In this document: positions 20,230 to 30,892 of the stretch, one piece after another
How positions within the stretch are numbered: position 1 is the first letter of the stretch
Layout: the number at the start of each line of letters is the position of its first letter
Origin: Candidatus Freyarchaeum deiterrae
GTDB taxonomy: Archaea; Asgardarchaeota; Jordiarchaeia; Jordiarchaeales; Jordiarchaeaceae
DNA: 64,000 nt
Reading direction: 5' to 3'
Assembly (NCBI GenBank): GCA_037305845.1
Contig: CP147778.1
Span: 1,952,001-2,016,000, forward strand
The notes under the pieces: generated by a model
What the model saw: only the letters and a program-made list of their open reading frames with translations
The model's database searches: none
What the model was told of the DNA's origin: nothing
Made by a program: the position numbers and the translations under genes

Positions 20230-21288
20230 ATGAAGCTAAAGGAATTACAGGATATGCTTGGAGATGTTGAAGCTTTGATTTTATTTAAGCCAGAAAACAT
20301 CTTCTATATCTCAAGCTTCTTTTCAACTTCGTTCATGTATTTATTTATACCTCGAGAGGATTCGCCCACTGCTGTTGTCTCACAGTTAGAATTTGAGGCG
20401 GCGAAAAATGCAATAAAAGATTTTTCTATCCTCGAAGCGAAAAAGCAAGAAGATTTTGAAAAGACTCTATTGAATCTTCAAAAAGATTTGAAATTAAAAA
20501 AGTTGGGCTTTGAAGAGGATTTTCTGACAGTGAATGTTAAAGAGAAACTAGAGAAAAGCAGCAAAGGCGTCGATTTCATGCCCGCATCAGACATCATAAA
20601 AAAACTTAGATCCATTAAATCTAGGAGCGAGATAGAAGTGATTCGAAAAGCGGCGGAAATAGCCGATGAGGGCATCAAAAGAGCTATAGACGCGATAACT
20701 CCGGGCATTAAGGAGTATGAGGTTGCTGCAGAGGCAGAGTACGCAATGAGGAAGATGGGTTCTAGCGGGACATCGTTTGACACCATTATAGCATCTGGTT
20801 ACAGATCTGCTTTTCCACATGGTTCTTGCAGTGATCGAAAATTGGAAAACGGAGATTTAGTAGTTATCGATTTAGGTGCTCGTTACAAAAATTATTGTTC
20901 AGATTTAACCCGAACACGCATGGTCGGTTCTCCGAGTTCGAAGCAGGAAAAGCTTTTTCAAACAGTTTTAAACGCCCAGCAGAAGGCTATGGAAATCATT
21001 TGCCCTGGTGTTAAGGCTAGTGTAATCGATGAGACGGCTCGAGAGCTGATAAAAAAGGAGGGGTACGGAGATTTTTTTGTTCATAGTTTCGGGCATGGAG
21101 TAGGGATTGAGGTGCATGAATATCCGTCGATTAGCCTGAATAGCAAAGATATTATAGAAACGGGTATGGTGTTCACAGCTGAACCAGGAGTTTACGTTCC
21201 CGATTTTGGGGGATGTAGAATCGAAGACATGGTACTAGTTCGTAAGAATGGATATGAACTACTTTCCAAAAGTCCTCAGCTTTTATAA
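20230..21288 (+). CDS. pepQ: M24B Xaa-Pro peptidase/prolidase
   Basis: PHG, IDLG, YCSDLTRT, HSFGHGVGIEVHE, EPGVY, RIED. Confidence 0.9.
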   Translation: MKLKELQDMLGDVEALILFKPENIFYISSFFSTSFMYLFIPREDSPTAVVSQLEFEAAKNAIKDFSILEAKKQEDFEKTLLNLQKDLKLKKLGFEEDFLTVNVKEKLEKSSKGVDFMPASDIIKKLRSIKSRSEIEVIRKAAEIADEGIKRAIDAITPGIKEYEVAAEAEYAMRKMGSSGTSFDTIIASGYRSAFPHGSCSDRKLENGDLVVIDLGARYKNYCSDLTRTRMVGSPSSKQEKLFQTVLNAQQKAMEIICPGVKASVIDETARELIKKEGYGDFFVHSFGHGVGIEVHEYPSISLNSKDIIETGMVFTAEPGVYVPDFGGCRIEDMVLVRKNGYELLSKSPQLL

Positions 21289-21595
21289 TAATTCCTTTTT
21301 TGGAAAATCTAATTTCTTGAAATGTTAAGTAATCTAGTCGTGTTCTAACTTGTTTCAAACGCCATAAGGACTTTATATGCATTCAATACTGAAGGGCTAA
21401 GTTAAGCTTCTATCATTATGTTTATACCAAGATTCACGGGCAACTCAATAACAGGGGAAAATGTGAGTAGGGTGATACTGCTTGTTAACTTCTTTACCTA
21501 ATCAAAAAGATTTATTATCCTCTCCAAAATATATTCTCACGTTCTGAAGTGGTTCGCCGTGGATTCGGAAGAATTAGTTCTTAGGATGATTTTGG

Positions 21596-22423
21596 GTGGT
21601 TCTTATGCAGCGTCTCATTAAACACATTCCAGCGTCTCTCTTGCCTTTATCAATTATTAACCGGCTTCAGAACATACTTACCGGTGTGTACGAATGGGTT
21701 TTGTGGCGCCAAATCAAGGACGGAAGTATGCCGGAGCATTTAGCAGTTATTCTTGATGGTAACAGGCGGTTTGCAAGACAAATTGGTCTAGATTTGTGGA
21801 TTGGGCACAAATATGGCGCAGAAAAAGTGAAGGCTTTTTTAGATTGGGCGTGGGAGGCTGGTGTTAAGATTGTTACTCTGTATGTTTTTTCCACGGAGAA
21901 TTTTGGGCGTTCCCGTAAGGAAGTAGAGGAAATTATGAGGCTTGCTGAGGAAAAGTTCGAAGAAATTCTAAATGAATCGAAAATACACAAGTACAAAGTA
22001 AAGGTTAAAGCAATAGGTAGAATAAATATTCTACCAGAACGGGTGCAAGCAGCGATTAGAAGAGCCGAAGAAAAAACAAAGGATTACGATAGGCATCTGC
22101 TGAACATTGCCATAGGATATGGTGGAAGAGCGGAAATAGTTGACGCATTCAAAGAAATCGCTGAGGAAGTGAAATCTGGAAAAATCGATGTCAATGATAT
22201 TGATGAGCAATTAATCGAAAATCACCTTTACACTTCCGGAGTTCCCGATCCTGCTTTAATTATTCGTACTAGCGGCGAGGAAAGACTTTCCGGATTTCTT
22301 TTATGGCAATCTGCTTACTCCGAATTGTATTTCTGTGATGTTTACTGGCCAGCGATGAGAAAAATAGACTTTTGGAGAGCTCTTAGAACCTACCAGATGA
22401 GAGGAAGAAGATTCGGAAAATAA
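21596..22423 (+). CDS. uppS: cis-prenyltransferase (UppS family)
   Basis: HLAVILDGNRR, FSTENF.R, YGGR, IIRTSGEERLSGFLLWQ, RRFGK. Confidence 0.95.
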   Translation: MVLMQRLIKHIPASLLPLSIINRLQNILTGVYEWVLWRQIKDGSMPEHLAVILDGNRRFARQIGLDLWIGHKYGAEKVKAFLDWAWEAGVKIVTLYVFSTENFGRSRKEVEEIMRLAEEKFEEILNESKIHKYKVKVKAIGRINILPERVQAAIRRAEEKTKDYDRHLLNIAIGYGGRAEIVDAFKEIAEEVKSGKIDVNDIDEQLIENHLYTSGVPDPALIIRTSGEERLSGFLLWQSAYSELYFCDVYWPAMRKIDFWRALRTYQMRGRRFGK

Positions 22424-22676
22424 ACTTTGTTACCCAAACAAAAAGCTTCTTTTGCAAATCATATTCGGTTAATTACACAGATACATTAATCAAATAAAAC
22501 TTAAAGTGTAATTATGTAATCGTAAACAATAATTCCAAACTCGAAATAAAAATAAAAAGGGCAAATTCTTAGCGTTTACTGAGAGAGTATTAACCACTTT
22601 ATTTTAGTCTAAGTTGAGCTTTCAAGATAAGCAACTAAAAAACATTCGAATAGAATATAAAAAAGGGTTGAAGCGC

Positions 22677-24104
22677 TTGTTAAAGGTATATAACACTCTG
22701 ACTGGAGAAAAGGAAGATTTTGTTCCCATTAGCGGAAATAGGGTAGGGATGTACGTCTGCGGCCCAACCGTTTATGATTACAGTCACATAGGGCACGCCC
22801 GATCATATGTGGCTTTTGATGTTATACGAAGATACCTAGAATATAAGGGATACACTGTTATTTATATTCAAAACATTACAGACGTTGATGACAAAATTAT
22901 AAAAAGGGCAGAAGAATTGTCGGAAGCTCCCTTGTCCCTTTCAAGGAGATTCGCCGAAGCTTACTTTGAAGACATGGACAGACTTGGTGTGAGAAGAGCT
23001 AACATACACCCCAAAGTAAGTGACCATATACCGGAAATAATCGAGTTCATTGAAGGATTAATAAGTGGGGGTTATGCTTACGAGGTCGATGGAAGCATTT
23101 ATTTTCGTGTATCAAAGGACAAGGACTACGGCAAACTGTCGCATCAATCAATGGAGAACATCTTAGCGGGGGCAAGGGTGGAAGTGGATGAAAATAAGGA
23201 CGACCCTCGGGATTTTGCTCTTTGGAAAAAGGCCAAGGAGGGGGAAATTTTTTGGAGTAGCCCGTGGGGAAATGGGAGACCGGGATGGCACATGGAATGC
23301 TCCACTATGTCGATAAAATATCTAGGCCCTAGAATAGATATTCATGGAGGAGGTATGGATTTAATTTTCCCTCACCACGAATGTGAAATAGCTCAATCAG
23401 AATCATACACGGGTAAACCTTTTGTGAAGTACTGGGTACATAATGGATTCGTTACCATAAACCAGGAAAAAATGTCGAAATCTTTGGGAAACTTTTTCAC
23501 AATTAGAGAAGTCTTGGAAAAATACGATGGCGAAACTATAAGATTTTTCCTATTAGGTACACATTACCGGAGTCAAATTGATTACAGCGAGCAACACCTA
23601 CAAGAAGCCAAACAAAACCTTCAAAAAATTTACAACGCTATTAACAAACTAAAAACTCTTATCAAGGGGCAGGACCAGACAGAAATAAACGAGCCCGGCG
23701 CAGAAGAGAAAGAGTTGCTAAAACAGGTTGAAAAATCCAAACAAGAATTTATAGACGCTTTGGACGATGATTTCAACACAAGGGAAGCGATGCCCACTAT
23801 CTTCGAACTGACCAAAGCAATAAATTCACTGCATAGCAATAGCAAGATAAGTAAAAATGCTCTTGAAACAGCCTTACAAACGTATGAGGAATTCGGACAA
23901 ATTTTAGGATTATTCCAAGAAAAACAATTAGAGACCGATTTGGAGACAGTAGGTAAACTGGTAGAACTTTTAATCGAACTAAGAAACCGGTCTCGAGAAA
24001 AGAAAGACTGGAAAACCGCCGATTACATACGAGACAAATTGAAAGAAGCGGGAATCCTCATTGAAGATTCCAAAGAGGGAACAACCTGGAAAACCACCGA
24101 ATAA
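22677..24104 (+). CDS. cysS: Cysteine-tRNA ligase
   Basis: YVCGPTVY, HIGH, DFALWK, GRPGWH.EC, KMSKS. Confidence 0.97.
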   Translation: MLKVYNTLTGEKEDFVPISGNRVGMYVCGPTVYDYSHIGHARSYVAFDVIRRYLEYKGYTVIYIQNITDVDDKIIKRAEELSEAPLSLSRRFAEAYFEDMDRLGVRRANIHPKVSDHIPEIIEFIEGLISGGYAYEVDGSIYFRVSKDKDYGKLSHQSMENILAGARVEVDENKDDPRDFALWKKAKEGEIFWSSPWGNGRPGWHMECSTMSIKYLGPRIDIHGGGMDLIFPHHECEIAQSESYTGKPFVKYWVHNGFVTINQEKMSKSLGNFFTIREVLEKYDGETIRFFLLGTHYRSQIDYSEQHLQEAKQNLQKIYNAINKLKTLIKGQDQTEINEPGAEEKELLKQVEKSKQEFIDALDDDFNTREAMPTIFELTKAINSLHSNSKISKNALETALQTYEEFGQILGLFQEKQLETDLETVGKLVELLIELRNRSREKKDWKTADYIRDKLKEAGILIEDSKEGTTWKTTE

Positions 24105-24118
24105 TAAATGAAAAAAGG

Positions 24119-25729
24119 TTACTTCACTCGGTCTCTTTTCTCCAATCCTATCTTACTTATGTACATTCCATCAATTTTTAGAATAGACGAAACGAATTCT
24201 GTGGCGCTTTTCAGAGACTTAATCTTCATATAACTAGGCTCCAAAACGCCAATTTTAGTCATGTCTTCCAACTTTTTATTTTCAATATCAACGCCTATCC
24301 AGTTCTGATTATTAATGTGTTTTGAACGTAATTCTAGGATGGCGTCAATCTCGTTCAATCCCGCATTTGATGCTAAAATACGCGGGATCGATTCAAGAGC
24401 TGAAGCGAATTCAACCATTGCTAACTGTTTTTTTCCCTCCACTAAATATGCCGTCTTCCTGATATGCTTTGCCAGTTCGAGTTCAATAGCTCCCCCGCCA
24501 CCTACAACTTTTTTATGCACCATAGCCACAGAGACAGCCATCATGGAGTTCCTCAAAAGTCTTTCTACCTCCTCACAGACATACCAAGACCCACCTCTAA
24601 CCAACACGGCAACCGCTTTAGCATCCTTACAACCCGAAAACTCTACGTATTTGTCCTGCCCCAATCTTCTCTCTTCGACAAGCTCTGCATAACCGAGATC
24701 ATCTCCCCCGAGATCCTCAATCTTGGAACAAATATTTGCCCCACACGCTTTACTAAGCAGCTTGAACTCCTCTGGCTTAGCCCGCCTTATTCCAAGAATT
24801 TTGTTCTTGGATAAACTCTGTTCAATCACCCTATCTATTCCCTTCTCCGTCACAACTACATTCGCACCGCTCTTCTTAATAAAGGAAAATTTCCTCTCGC
24901 CAAATTTTCTCTTTTCCTCAATGTAACCATCCAAATCCTCAGGAGTATTTATCCGCAACTCAACCTTCCTATCTGTTGGCTTCTCTAAGTAGAGTTTTTC
25001 ATCCAAGAGAGCAATTCTAGCGTCCACAACTCTCCTCGGCATTTTCGGACTCAAAATATCCTTAGATATAATAATACCGTGAATCAACTCGGTATCCCTT
25101 ATTCCTCCACCTTCCTTCTTAACAAACTGTACTCTATCCTTGACATCTATTAAACTCTCTTCTTTTGCTGCAATGGTGGAAACCGCCTCGACAGCAATAT
25201 CCGAAAGATAGTTCTCCACTCTTTTGGAAAATTTTCCAGATAGAGCAGTATTCGCCACGGATTTAAGTAAAGCCTTTTCCCCATTCGTATGAATACTCAA
25301 CTCTTCTATGCAGTTTATTGCCTTTTCGCAAGCGGCATAATACCCCGAAATGATGACTGAGGGATGTAGTCCCTCGTTGACAAGCTTCAAACCCCGCTTA
25401 GCTAATTCGGCAGCCAGAAAAACAATAATTTTGCCCCCATCGCCCTGCGTCCGAACATGGGTTTTACACAAATTAACAAGCATTTCGCCAATCGGATGCT
25501 GAATGTCCAGGTCCCGCAAAATTGTTACTGCATCATTAGAAATCACAAAATTATCGTATCTGTCTATAACGAGTTTGCTCATCCCCTTAGGTCCTAAAGA
25601 GGTTTTCAAAATATCTGCAATCGCAACAACGGCATAAACACAATTTTTGACCGCGTCAACACCCTTCAGATGCTCGGCCATTTTTGCTAGCTTTTCCTGT
25701 ACTTTATCCCTACTGCCAGAATTACCCAA
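24119..25729 (-). CDS. Divergent group II chaperonin (thermosome/CCT-like) subunit
   Basis: Full-length Cpn60 architecture (TSLGPKG, GGGA.E, AL..IP..LA.NAG, GVLEP) with degenerate ATPase motifs. Confidence 0.88.
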   Translation of the reverse strand: MGNSGSRDKVQEKLAKMAEHLKGVDAVKNCVYAVVAIADILKTSLGPKGMSKLVIDRYDNFVISNDAVTILRDLDIQHPIGEMLVNLCKTHVRTQGDGGKIIVFLAAELAKRGLKLVNEGLHPSVIISGYYAACEKAINCIEELSIHTNGEKALLKSVANTALSGKFSKRVENYLSDIAVEAVSTIAAKEESLIDVKDRVQFVKKEGGGIRDTELIHGIIISKDILSPKMPRRVVDARIALLDEKLYLEKPTDRKVELRINTPEDLDGYIEEKRKFGERKFSFIKKSGANVVVTEKGIDRVIEQSLSKNKILGIRRAKPEEFKLLSKACGANICSKIEDLGGDDLGYAELVEERRLGQDKYVEFSGCKDAKAVAVLVRGGSWYVCEEVERLLRNSMMAVSVAMVHKKVVGGGGAIELELAKHIRKTAYLVEGKKQLAMVEFASALESIPRILASNAGLNEIDAILELRSKHINNQNWIGVDIENKKLEDMTKIGVLEPSYMKIKSLKSATEFVSSILKIDGMYISKIGLEKRDRVK

Positions 25730-25956
25730 TATAAATCACTTCTCTCGAAAAAGGAACGTTTCCACAAATAATTTGCATATAAACCAAATTTAATTTTTTA
25801 TAATATATTACTTGGAACTGAACCGTTCTAAAATTGGACAGAATATCCGACTCGTAATTAATATTTCAGTTTAAAAAAGCGGCAACTCCAAAAAATAGTA
25901 ACCTACCCGATGAATTAAAAGACAATTAGGAACTTGACTATTTCCGTTTAGACTTA

Positions 25957-26187
25957 TTAAGAGGGGTCCGTGGGTTTACGGATGAGTACAATGTCTCCTA
26001 TCGCTTTTATCCATGAAAAAGGAATAGAAATGATGCTCCTATTTTCCACCGGTTTTTTGAGTTTAACATGCAACCCTGAGGCTACACTGGTTAAAGTGTC
26101 GAACTCTAGATCCTCCACGGTTCCCACAAATTTTCCTATTGCCGTGTACACCTGTTTACCGCGGATCTCAGTGGCTTTAATACTTAT
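25957..26187 (-). CDS. PRC-barrel domain protein (CdpB-like)
   Basis: GKQVYT..GKFVGTVEDL...IPFSWIKAIGDIVLI. Frame is open upstream of the GTG at 26151, so start is probably ATA 26187 or ATT 26193. Confidence 0.82.
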   Translation of the reverse strand: MSIKATEIRGKQVYTAIGKFVGTVEDLEFDTLTSVASGLHVKLKKPVENRSIISIPFSWIKAIGDIVLIRKPTDPS

Positions 26188-26198
26188 TTTAATCCCCC

Positions 26199-26903
26199 CT
26201 ATTCCTTGGAGAGAATTATGCGAGCGTCAACAGTTTTAGCACCATCAGGATACGTAATTACCGGATTGAGGTCCATCTCATTTATTTCAGGATGATCCAT
26301 AACAAGCTTAGAAACGTTCAGAAGTATGTTAATAATCGCCTCAAAGTCCACTGGTTTCTGGCCTCTAACGCCCTTCAATATAGGATAACCCTTAATCTCT
26401 TGTATCATTTCCTCAGCATCATACTTGGTAATCGGAGCCACCCTAAAGGAAACATCCTTTAAAACCTCAACAAAGATGCCTCCCAGACCAAAGGCCAAGG
26501 CTGGTCCGAATTGTGGGTCCTTTGTCATTCCAACGATTACTTCTCTCCCTTCGGGTGCAAATTCTTCGATGATTATACCTTCAAATTTGTAATTAGGCAC
26601 TGCCTTTCTGACGTTTTGTTGTATTTCTTGGTAGGCTTTCTTCGCTTCTTCTGCGTTTTTGATATTGATTTTTACCCCGCCCGAGTCACTCTTGTGAACT
26701 ACATCCCTTGAAACGATCTTCATAACCACGGGGTATCCTATCTCTTGTGCGAATTTTGCTGCTTCTTCTGGTGTTTTTGATACTTTATGCTTGGTTACTG
26801 GTATTCCGTATGCTTTAATTACATCTTTTGCTTCGGGTTCTAGAAGAAGAGTGCGGTTTTCGCTTAACGCTTTCTTGAATATTTGATTTATATTATTGGA
26901 CAT
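26199..26903 (-). CDS. acdB: Acyl-CoA synthetase (ADP-forming) beta subunit, ATP-grasp
   Basis: IGYPVVMKIVS..HKSD.GGV, DPQFGP, GLGGIFVE, EMDLNP, VDAR. Confidence 0.9.
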   Translation of the reverse strand: MSNNINQIFKKALSENRTLLLEPEAKDVIKAYGIPVTKHKVSKTPEEAAKFAQEIGYPVVMKIVSRDVVHKSDSGGVKINIKNAEEAKKAYQEIQQNVRKAVPNYKFEGIIIEEFAPEGREVIVGMTKDPQFGPALAFGLGGIFVEVLKDVSFRVAPITKYDAEEMIQEIKGYPILKGVRGQKPVDFEAIINILLNVSKLVMDHPEINEMDLNPVITYPDGAKTVDARIILSKE

Positions 26904-27141
26904 TTACTTCACCTCTAATTATTATTAAACCCCTATTTTCATACTAACCCCTATTATTATACTAAATGTGGAACTCTTTCTGAGGTTACCTTTATTGTTT
27001 TGGTAAATTAGAATTTTAAATCCTTTATATAAATTTCTTTCGTGTACTCGTCTTATTTCTTTGGTAACTGTTTTTCAACTTTTGAAATCATTTTAAGTAT
27101 ATTAAAACTTTCCCAAGTATTACCGGAAAAAGGGTAAAGCT

Positions 27142-27900
27142 TCAAATTAGTCCTTCTCTGTCAGTAAAAATTCTTTCCAATACGGCGTATAGGTTGTCCA
27201 TTCCATCAAAAGTTAGTGAAGAAACTGGTAATATTTCATTGAATAAACCCATACTGGTTAAAACTTCTCCTAGGTTTATGCTTATCTCTCTGCGAAGACC
27301 AGCCTCCTCTTGATTTATAGCGTTTATCAACTTTTGTGGGTCGCTTATCCATTCTGTGATTTTGTCTATTTCTTCTTCATTAAGAGTGTCTGCTTTGGAT
27401 AGAACATTGATTTGAGGTAAATTAAAGCGGTACTGTACTGAGGCGCTTAGAAGTAAAACACTCACAAAACTGGATGGAGTGCGGCTTAGTAAGGGATCCA
27501 TGAGGTAAACTAAACAACTTTCTTCGCTACCTATCGCTGTTGTAACCAGAGGGCCAGTGCTTCGGAAAGCAAAAAGTTCTAGTTGGCCGGGGGTATCCAC
27601 CAATACATATGTGGGTTTCAATTCCTCGATTTCCTCTTTGAAATCATCGATAAAATTAGCCATCATATCGATACTGGCGATTAGTCCACCGTTGGGTCCT
27701 AGATCATATTTGTCCATAACCTCCTCTAAGTTTACGTAATCTCTAATATCTACGTCAGGTGTGTACGGTAAACGGCGAACACCAGGATCTAGGTTAACGA
27801 GAACTGCGTTAAACTCATTACGAACAAGCCACTCGGAGTAAGCTTTTGTAAGAGTGGACTTTCCGCTTCCCGCTGTTCCAATAAAGAAACTTGTGAACAC
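27142..27900 (-). CDS. GPN-loop GTPase
   Basis: GTAGSGKST, VNLDPG, LGPNGG, DTPGQ.E, SKAD. Confidence 0.93.
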   Translation of the reverse strand: MFTSFFIGTAGSGKSTLTKAYSEWLVRNEFNAVLVNLDPGVRRLPYTPDVDIRDYVNLEEVMDKYDLGPNGGLIASIDMMANFIDDFKEEIEELKPTYVLVDTPGQLELFAFRSTGPLVTTAIGSEESCLVYLMDPLLSRTPSSFVSVLLLSASVQYRFNLPQINVLSKADTLNEEEIDKITEWISDPQKLINAINQEEAGLRREISINLGEVLTSMGLFNEILPVSSLTFDGMDNLYAVLERIFTDREGLI

Positions 27901-28279
27901 CTTTTAAACCTCCAAAATTCACAGATAAAACATAATGCTGTTTGAAGAAATTAGAATATTCATTACGCCTTTTTTTAGACTTTTTTTATTATATACACTT
28001 ATTTTTAAAACAATTTATTACTCATTAATTTTTTCGAAGCCTGATTAGACTTGAACTAATTACTTTTAAAATATTTCCAAATCACACTTGGGAACATGCT
28101 TGTAAAACGATAAAAAATTTTAAAATAAAAACAAAAATCTTGGGATGGTTAATTAGAGGCTAAATATAAAAGAGAAATCGTCTAATCTTTCTCCATCAAC
28201 TAAGGAGCATTATAATAAATCTGGATGATTATCGTGTAGGAGAATTAACTTTCTAAATCATAAAGAGGAGGCCTTTTTT

Positions 28280-29608
28280 TTGAATCCCGAAGAATCTTTT
28301 AAAGCAGTAAGAAAGGCTATGAAGGCTCATCATGAATTGTTCAAAAGAAGTTTACCCCTAATTGCGAGTGAGAATGTGGTTAGCCCCGCTGTTAGAGAGG
28401 CAATAATTAGTGATTTCGGCCATCGATATGCAGAAGGATGGCCAGGTGAACGGGTATATGCAGGTTGCAAGTATATAGACGAAGTCGAATTAATATGCAT
28501 AGACTTGGCAAAAGATCTTTTTAAAGCGGATTTCGCAGACGTAAGGGCAACTTCTGGTGTTGTCGCTAACCTCATAGTTTACACAGCATTAACCCGACCC
28601 GGAGATACCATGATGGCTATGCCCATACCGTCGGGGGGACACATCAGTCATGGTCCACTATGCACAAAATCTGGCAATTTCATAGGCGGCACAGCAGGAG
28701 CAGTTCACGGTTTGAATGTTGAATATTTGGCCTTTGATCGAAAAGAACTAAATCTAGATGTAGATAAGTCAGCTAAGAGAATACGCGAATTAGAACCAAA
28801 ACTTTTACTCTTCGGTGCATCGGTTTTCCTATTTCCCCACCCTGTTAAAGAGCTGAGCGAGGTTGCAAGGGAGGTAGGGGCAAAGGTGGCTTACGATGCA
28901 GCTCACGTTGCAGGATTAATAGCAGCCGGATATTTCCAAGATCCCCTAAGAGAAGGCGCTGATACGATACAGATGAGTACACACAAAACTCTACCAGGTC
29001 CACAACACGGTATGGTTCTAGCTAAAGAAGAGTTAGGCGAATTGATAAAACAAGCAACGTTCCCCGGGTTGACTAGCAACCATCATTTACACAATGTTGC
29101 AGGATTAGCTATAGCCCTAGCGGAATTTAAAAAGTTTGGTAAAGAATACGCTGGACAAATAATCAAAAATTCCAAATCTCTTGGACAAGCTCTGTATGAA
29201 AGCGGATTTAATGTACTTGGCGAACAAAAGGGGTTTACGGAATCTCACACATTACTCGTGGACATTACCAACTTTCAGGACAAAATTGGACTTGGACGCG
29301 ACATAGAGGGAAGACTGGAAAAAGCAGGTATCATACTAAATAGAAACCTATTACCATGGGATGTTAGTGAAGGAAGAAACTACCTTAATCCAGGTGGTAT
29401 TCGTCTAGGCACAAGTGAGCTCACAAGGCTGGGCATGAAAGAAAGTGAAATGCAAGCAGTAGCGGATTATATCAAGCGAGTTATAGTAGATGAAGAGGGT
29501 ACTAAAAAAATCAGCTCCGAAGTCGAGGAGTTTAGAAAAGATTTCCAGAAAGTACACTACTGTTTTGAATCAGAGCTAGGGGCATACGAATACGTAGAAC
29601 TGCACTAA
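28280..29608 (+). CDS. glyA: Serine hydroxymethyltransferase
   Basis: LIASEN, RYAEG, GGHISHG, YDAAH, STHKTL, GIRLGT. Confidence 0.96.
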   Translation: MNPEESFKAVRKAMKAHHELFKRSLPLIASENVVSPAVREAIISDFGHRYAEGWPGERVYAGCKYIDEVELICIDLAKDLFKADFADVRATSGVVANLIVYTALTRPGDTMMAMPIPSGGHISHGPLCTKSGNFIGGTAGAVHGLNVEYLAFDRKELNLDVDKSAKRIRELEPKLLLFGASVFLFPHPVKELSEVAREVGAKVAYDAAHVAGLIAAGYFQDPLREGADTIQMSTHKTLPGPQHGMVLAKEELGELIKQATFPGLTSNHHLHNVAGLAIALAEFKKFGKEYAGQIIKNSKSLGQALYESGFNVLGEQKGFTESHTLLVDITNFQDKIGLGRDIEGRLEKAGIILNRNLLPWDVSEGRNYLNPGGIRLGTSELTRLGMKESEMQAVADYIKRVIVDEEGTKKISSEVEEFRKDFQKVHYCFESELGAYEYVELH

Positions 29609-29613
29609 TGTCT

Positions 29614-30741
29614 TCATCTTTCTTTCTCGTACAGGTCTACACATGAGGATTCGTAAAAGGCAGCAGACGCCATTATTAAAGCATTTAGGATGGGAAGGGA
29701 TGACTCGCTAGGCTGATTCCAGCACAAGGGGTCTTCTGATAAAATGTCGCCGGTTAGTCCGTAAGCATCAGCCCGGCACCCTCCTCCGCATATTTTAATG
29801 TAGGGGCAATTGCCGCATTTTCCCGTTATCTTTCTTTCACGAATCATATTACATAACTTTGAATTTTTTATCCTGTCCCATACTTCGTTTACGCTATTTT
29901 CTCGTATGTTTCCCATAACATGGGGTAGACTGGGGCACAGAACAATGTTTCCGTCGGATTCAATGCTCATTCTACTGCCTATGTAACACCATCCGCCCAC
30001 CAGTTCCAAGTAATTTATCATTTCTCTTATCAAATCTTCACCATAGTAGGATCCGATAATTGAGGTGGCAGCTTTCAACTCTTCCGGGAGAGGCATTAGG
30101 TGTATGTTTCTGAGCCCTCTGCCTACCGGATGGAATCTTCTGAAATAAGCTGGAACACAGTTTTTCTCCGCTAGTTGAATAATCTCTCTAATCTCCGAAA
30201 AGTTGTTTTTCATAATTACACTTACAATAATCACCATTAATTCCGTTTCGCGGCAAAGCCTAACTGCATTTACTGCTCTGGAAAATGATCCATCAGCAAC
30301 TCGAATTTTATCATGAGTGTTTGGAACTCCACCATCGATACTAATTCTTACTCCACTTACACTAAACTTGCTTAGTCTCTCTACAAAGCGTCGATCAAGA
30401 AAAGAACCGTTGGTAAACAAGCTTACTTGAATATCTGCGTCATACAAGTGCTGTAAAATGTCCCAGAAGTCCTTTCTAATTGTCGGCTCTCCTCCTGATA
30501 GAGTTACTCTTTTGACGCCGGCTCGCTTCAAGTCGTCGATTAAATTTTGGATTTCTTTTAGGGTCAACTCGTTTCGGAGTGGAAGTCCGGAATCTGAGCT
30601 GCAATGTAAGCATCTAAGATTGCACTCATTGGTAATTTTTAAACTGACGACAGGTGGTGTGTGGTTGTTGCTAGACGACTTAAGTTTGTTTATCTTGTTA
30701 CGGAGCCCCGTAATCAAAATATCTTCTAGTGCTTTATCCAC
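29614..30741 (-). CDS. Radical SAM/SPASM domain protein
   Basis: CNLRCLHC, SGGEP, SPASM C...C...CxxC-x5-C-x3-C...DPLC; GTG start after GGTGA. Confidence 0.9.
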   Translation of the reverse strand: MDKALEDILITGLRNKINKLKSSSNNHTPPVVSLKITNECNLRCLHCSSDSGLPLRNELTLKEIQNLIDDLKRAGVKRVTLSGGEPTIRKDFWDILQHLYDADIQVSLFTNGSFLDRRFVERLSKFSVSGVRISIDGGVPNTHDKIRVADGSFSRAVNAVRLCRETELMVIIVSVIMKNNFSEIREIIQLAEKNCVPAYFRRFHPVGRGLRNIHLMPLPEELKAATSIIGSYYGEDLIREMINYLELVGGWCYIGSRMSIESDGNIVLCPSLPHVMGNIRENSVNEVWDRIKNSKLCNMIRERKITGKCGNCPYIKICGGGCRADAYGLTGDILSEDPLCWNQPSESSLPILNALIMASAAFYESSCVDLYEKER

Positions 30742-30892
30742 TCCGATCACCAAGTATGCAAACTTTGACAACAACAACAAAAAAGGTTTTCTAAAAAGAA
30801 CGAGTAAAAATTATATCTTAATCTCACATATTCTCTACTTTTAAAAGGTTTAATATACAGTTTTGGTAATTAGATTTTGTTTTCAGTCAGCA

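Noticed and set aside
20230-21288. Xaa-Pro peptidase as the GG-PY maturation enzyme
   Set aside because: M24B enzymes cleave at free N-termini or dipeptides, and the gene is about 14 kb away
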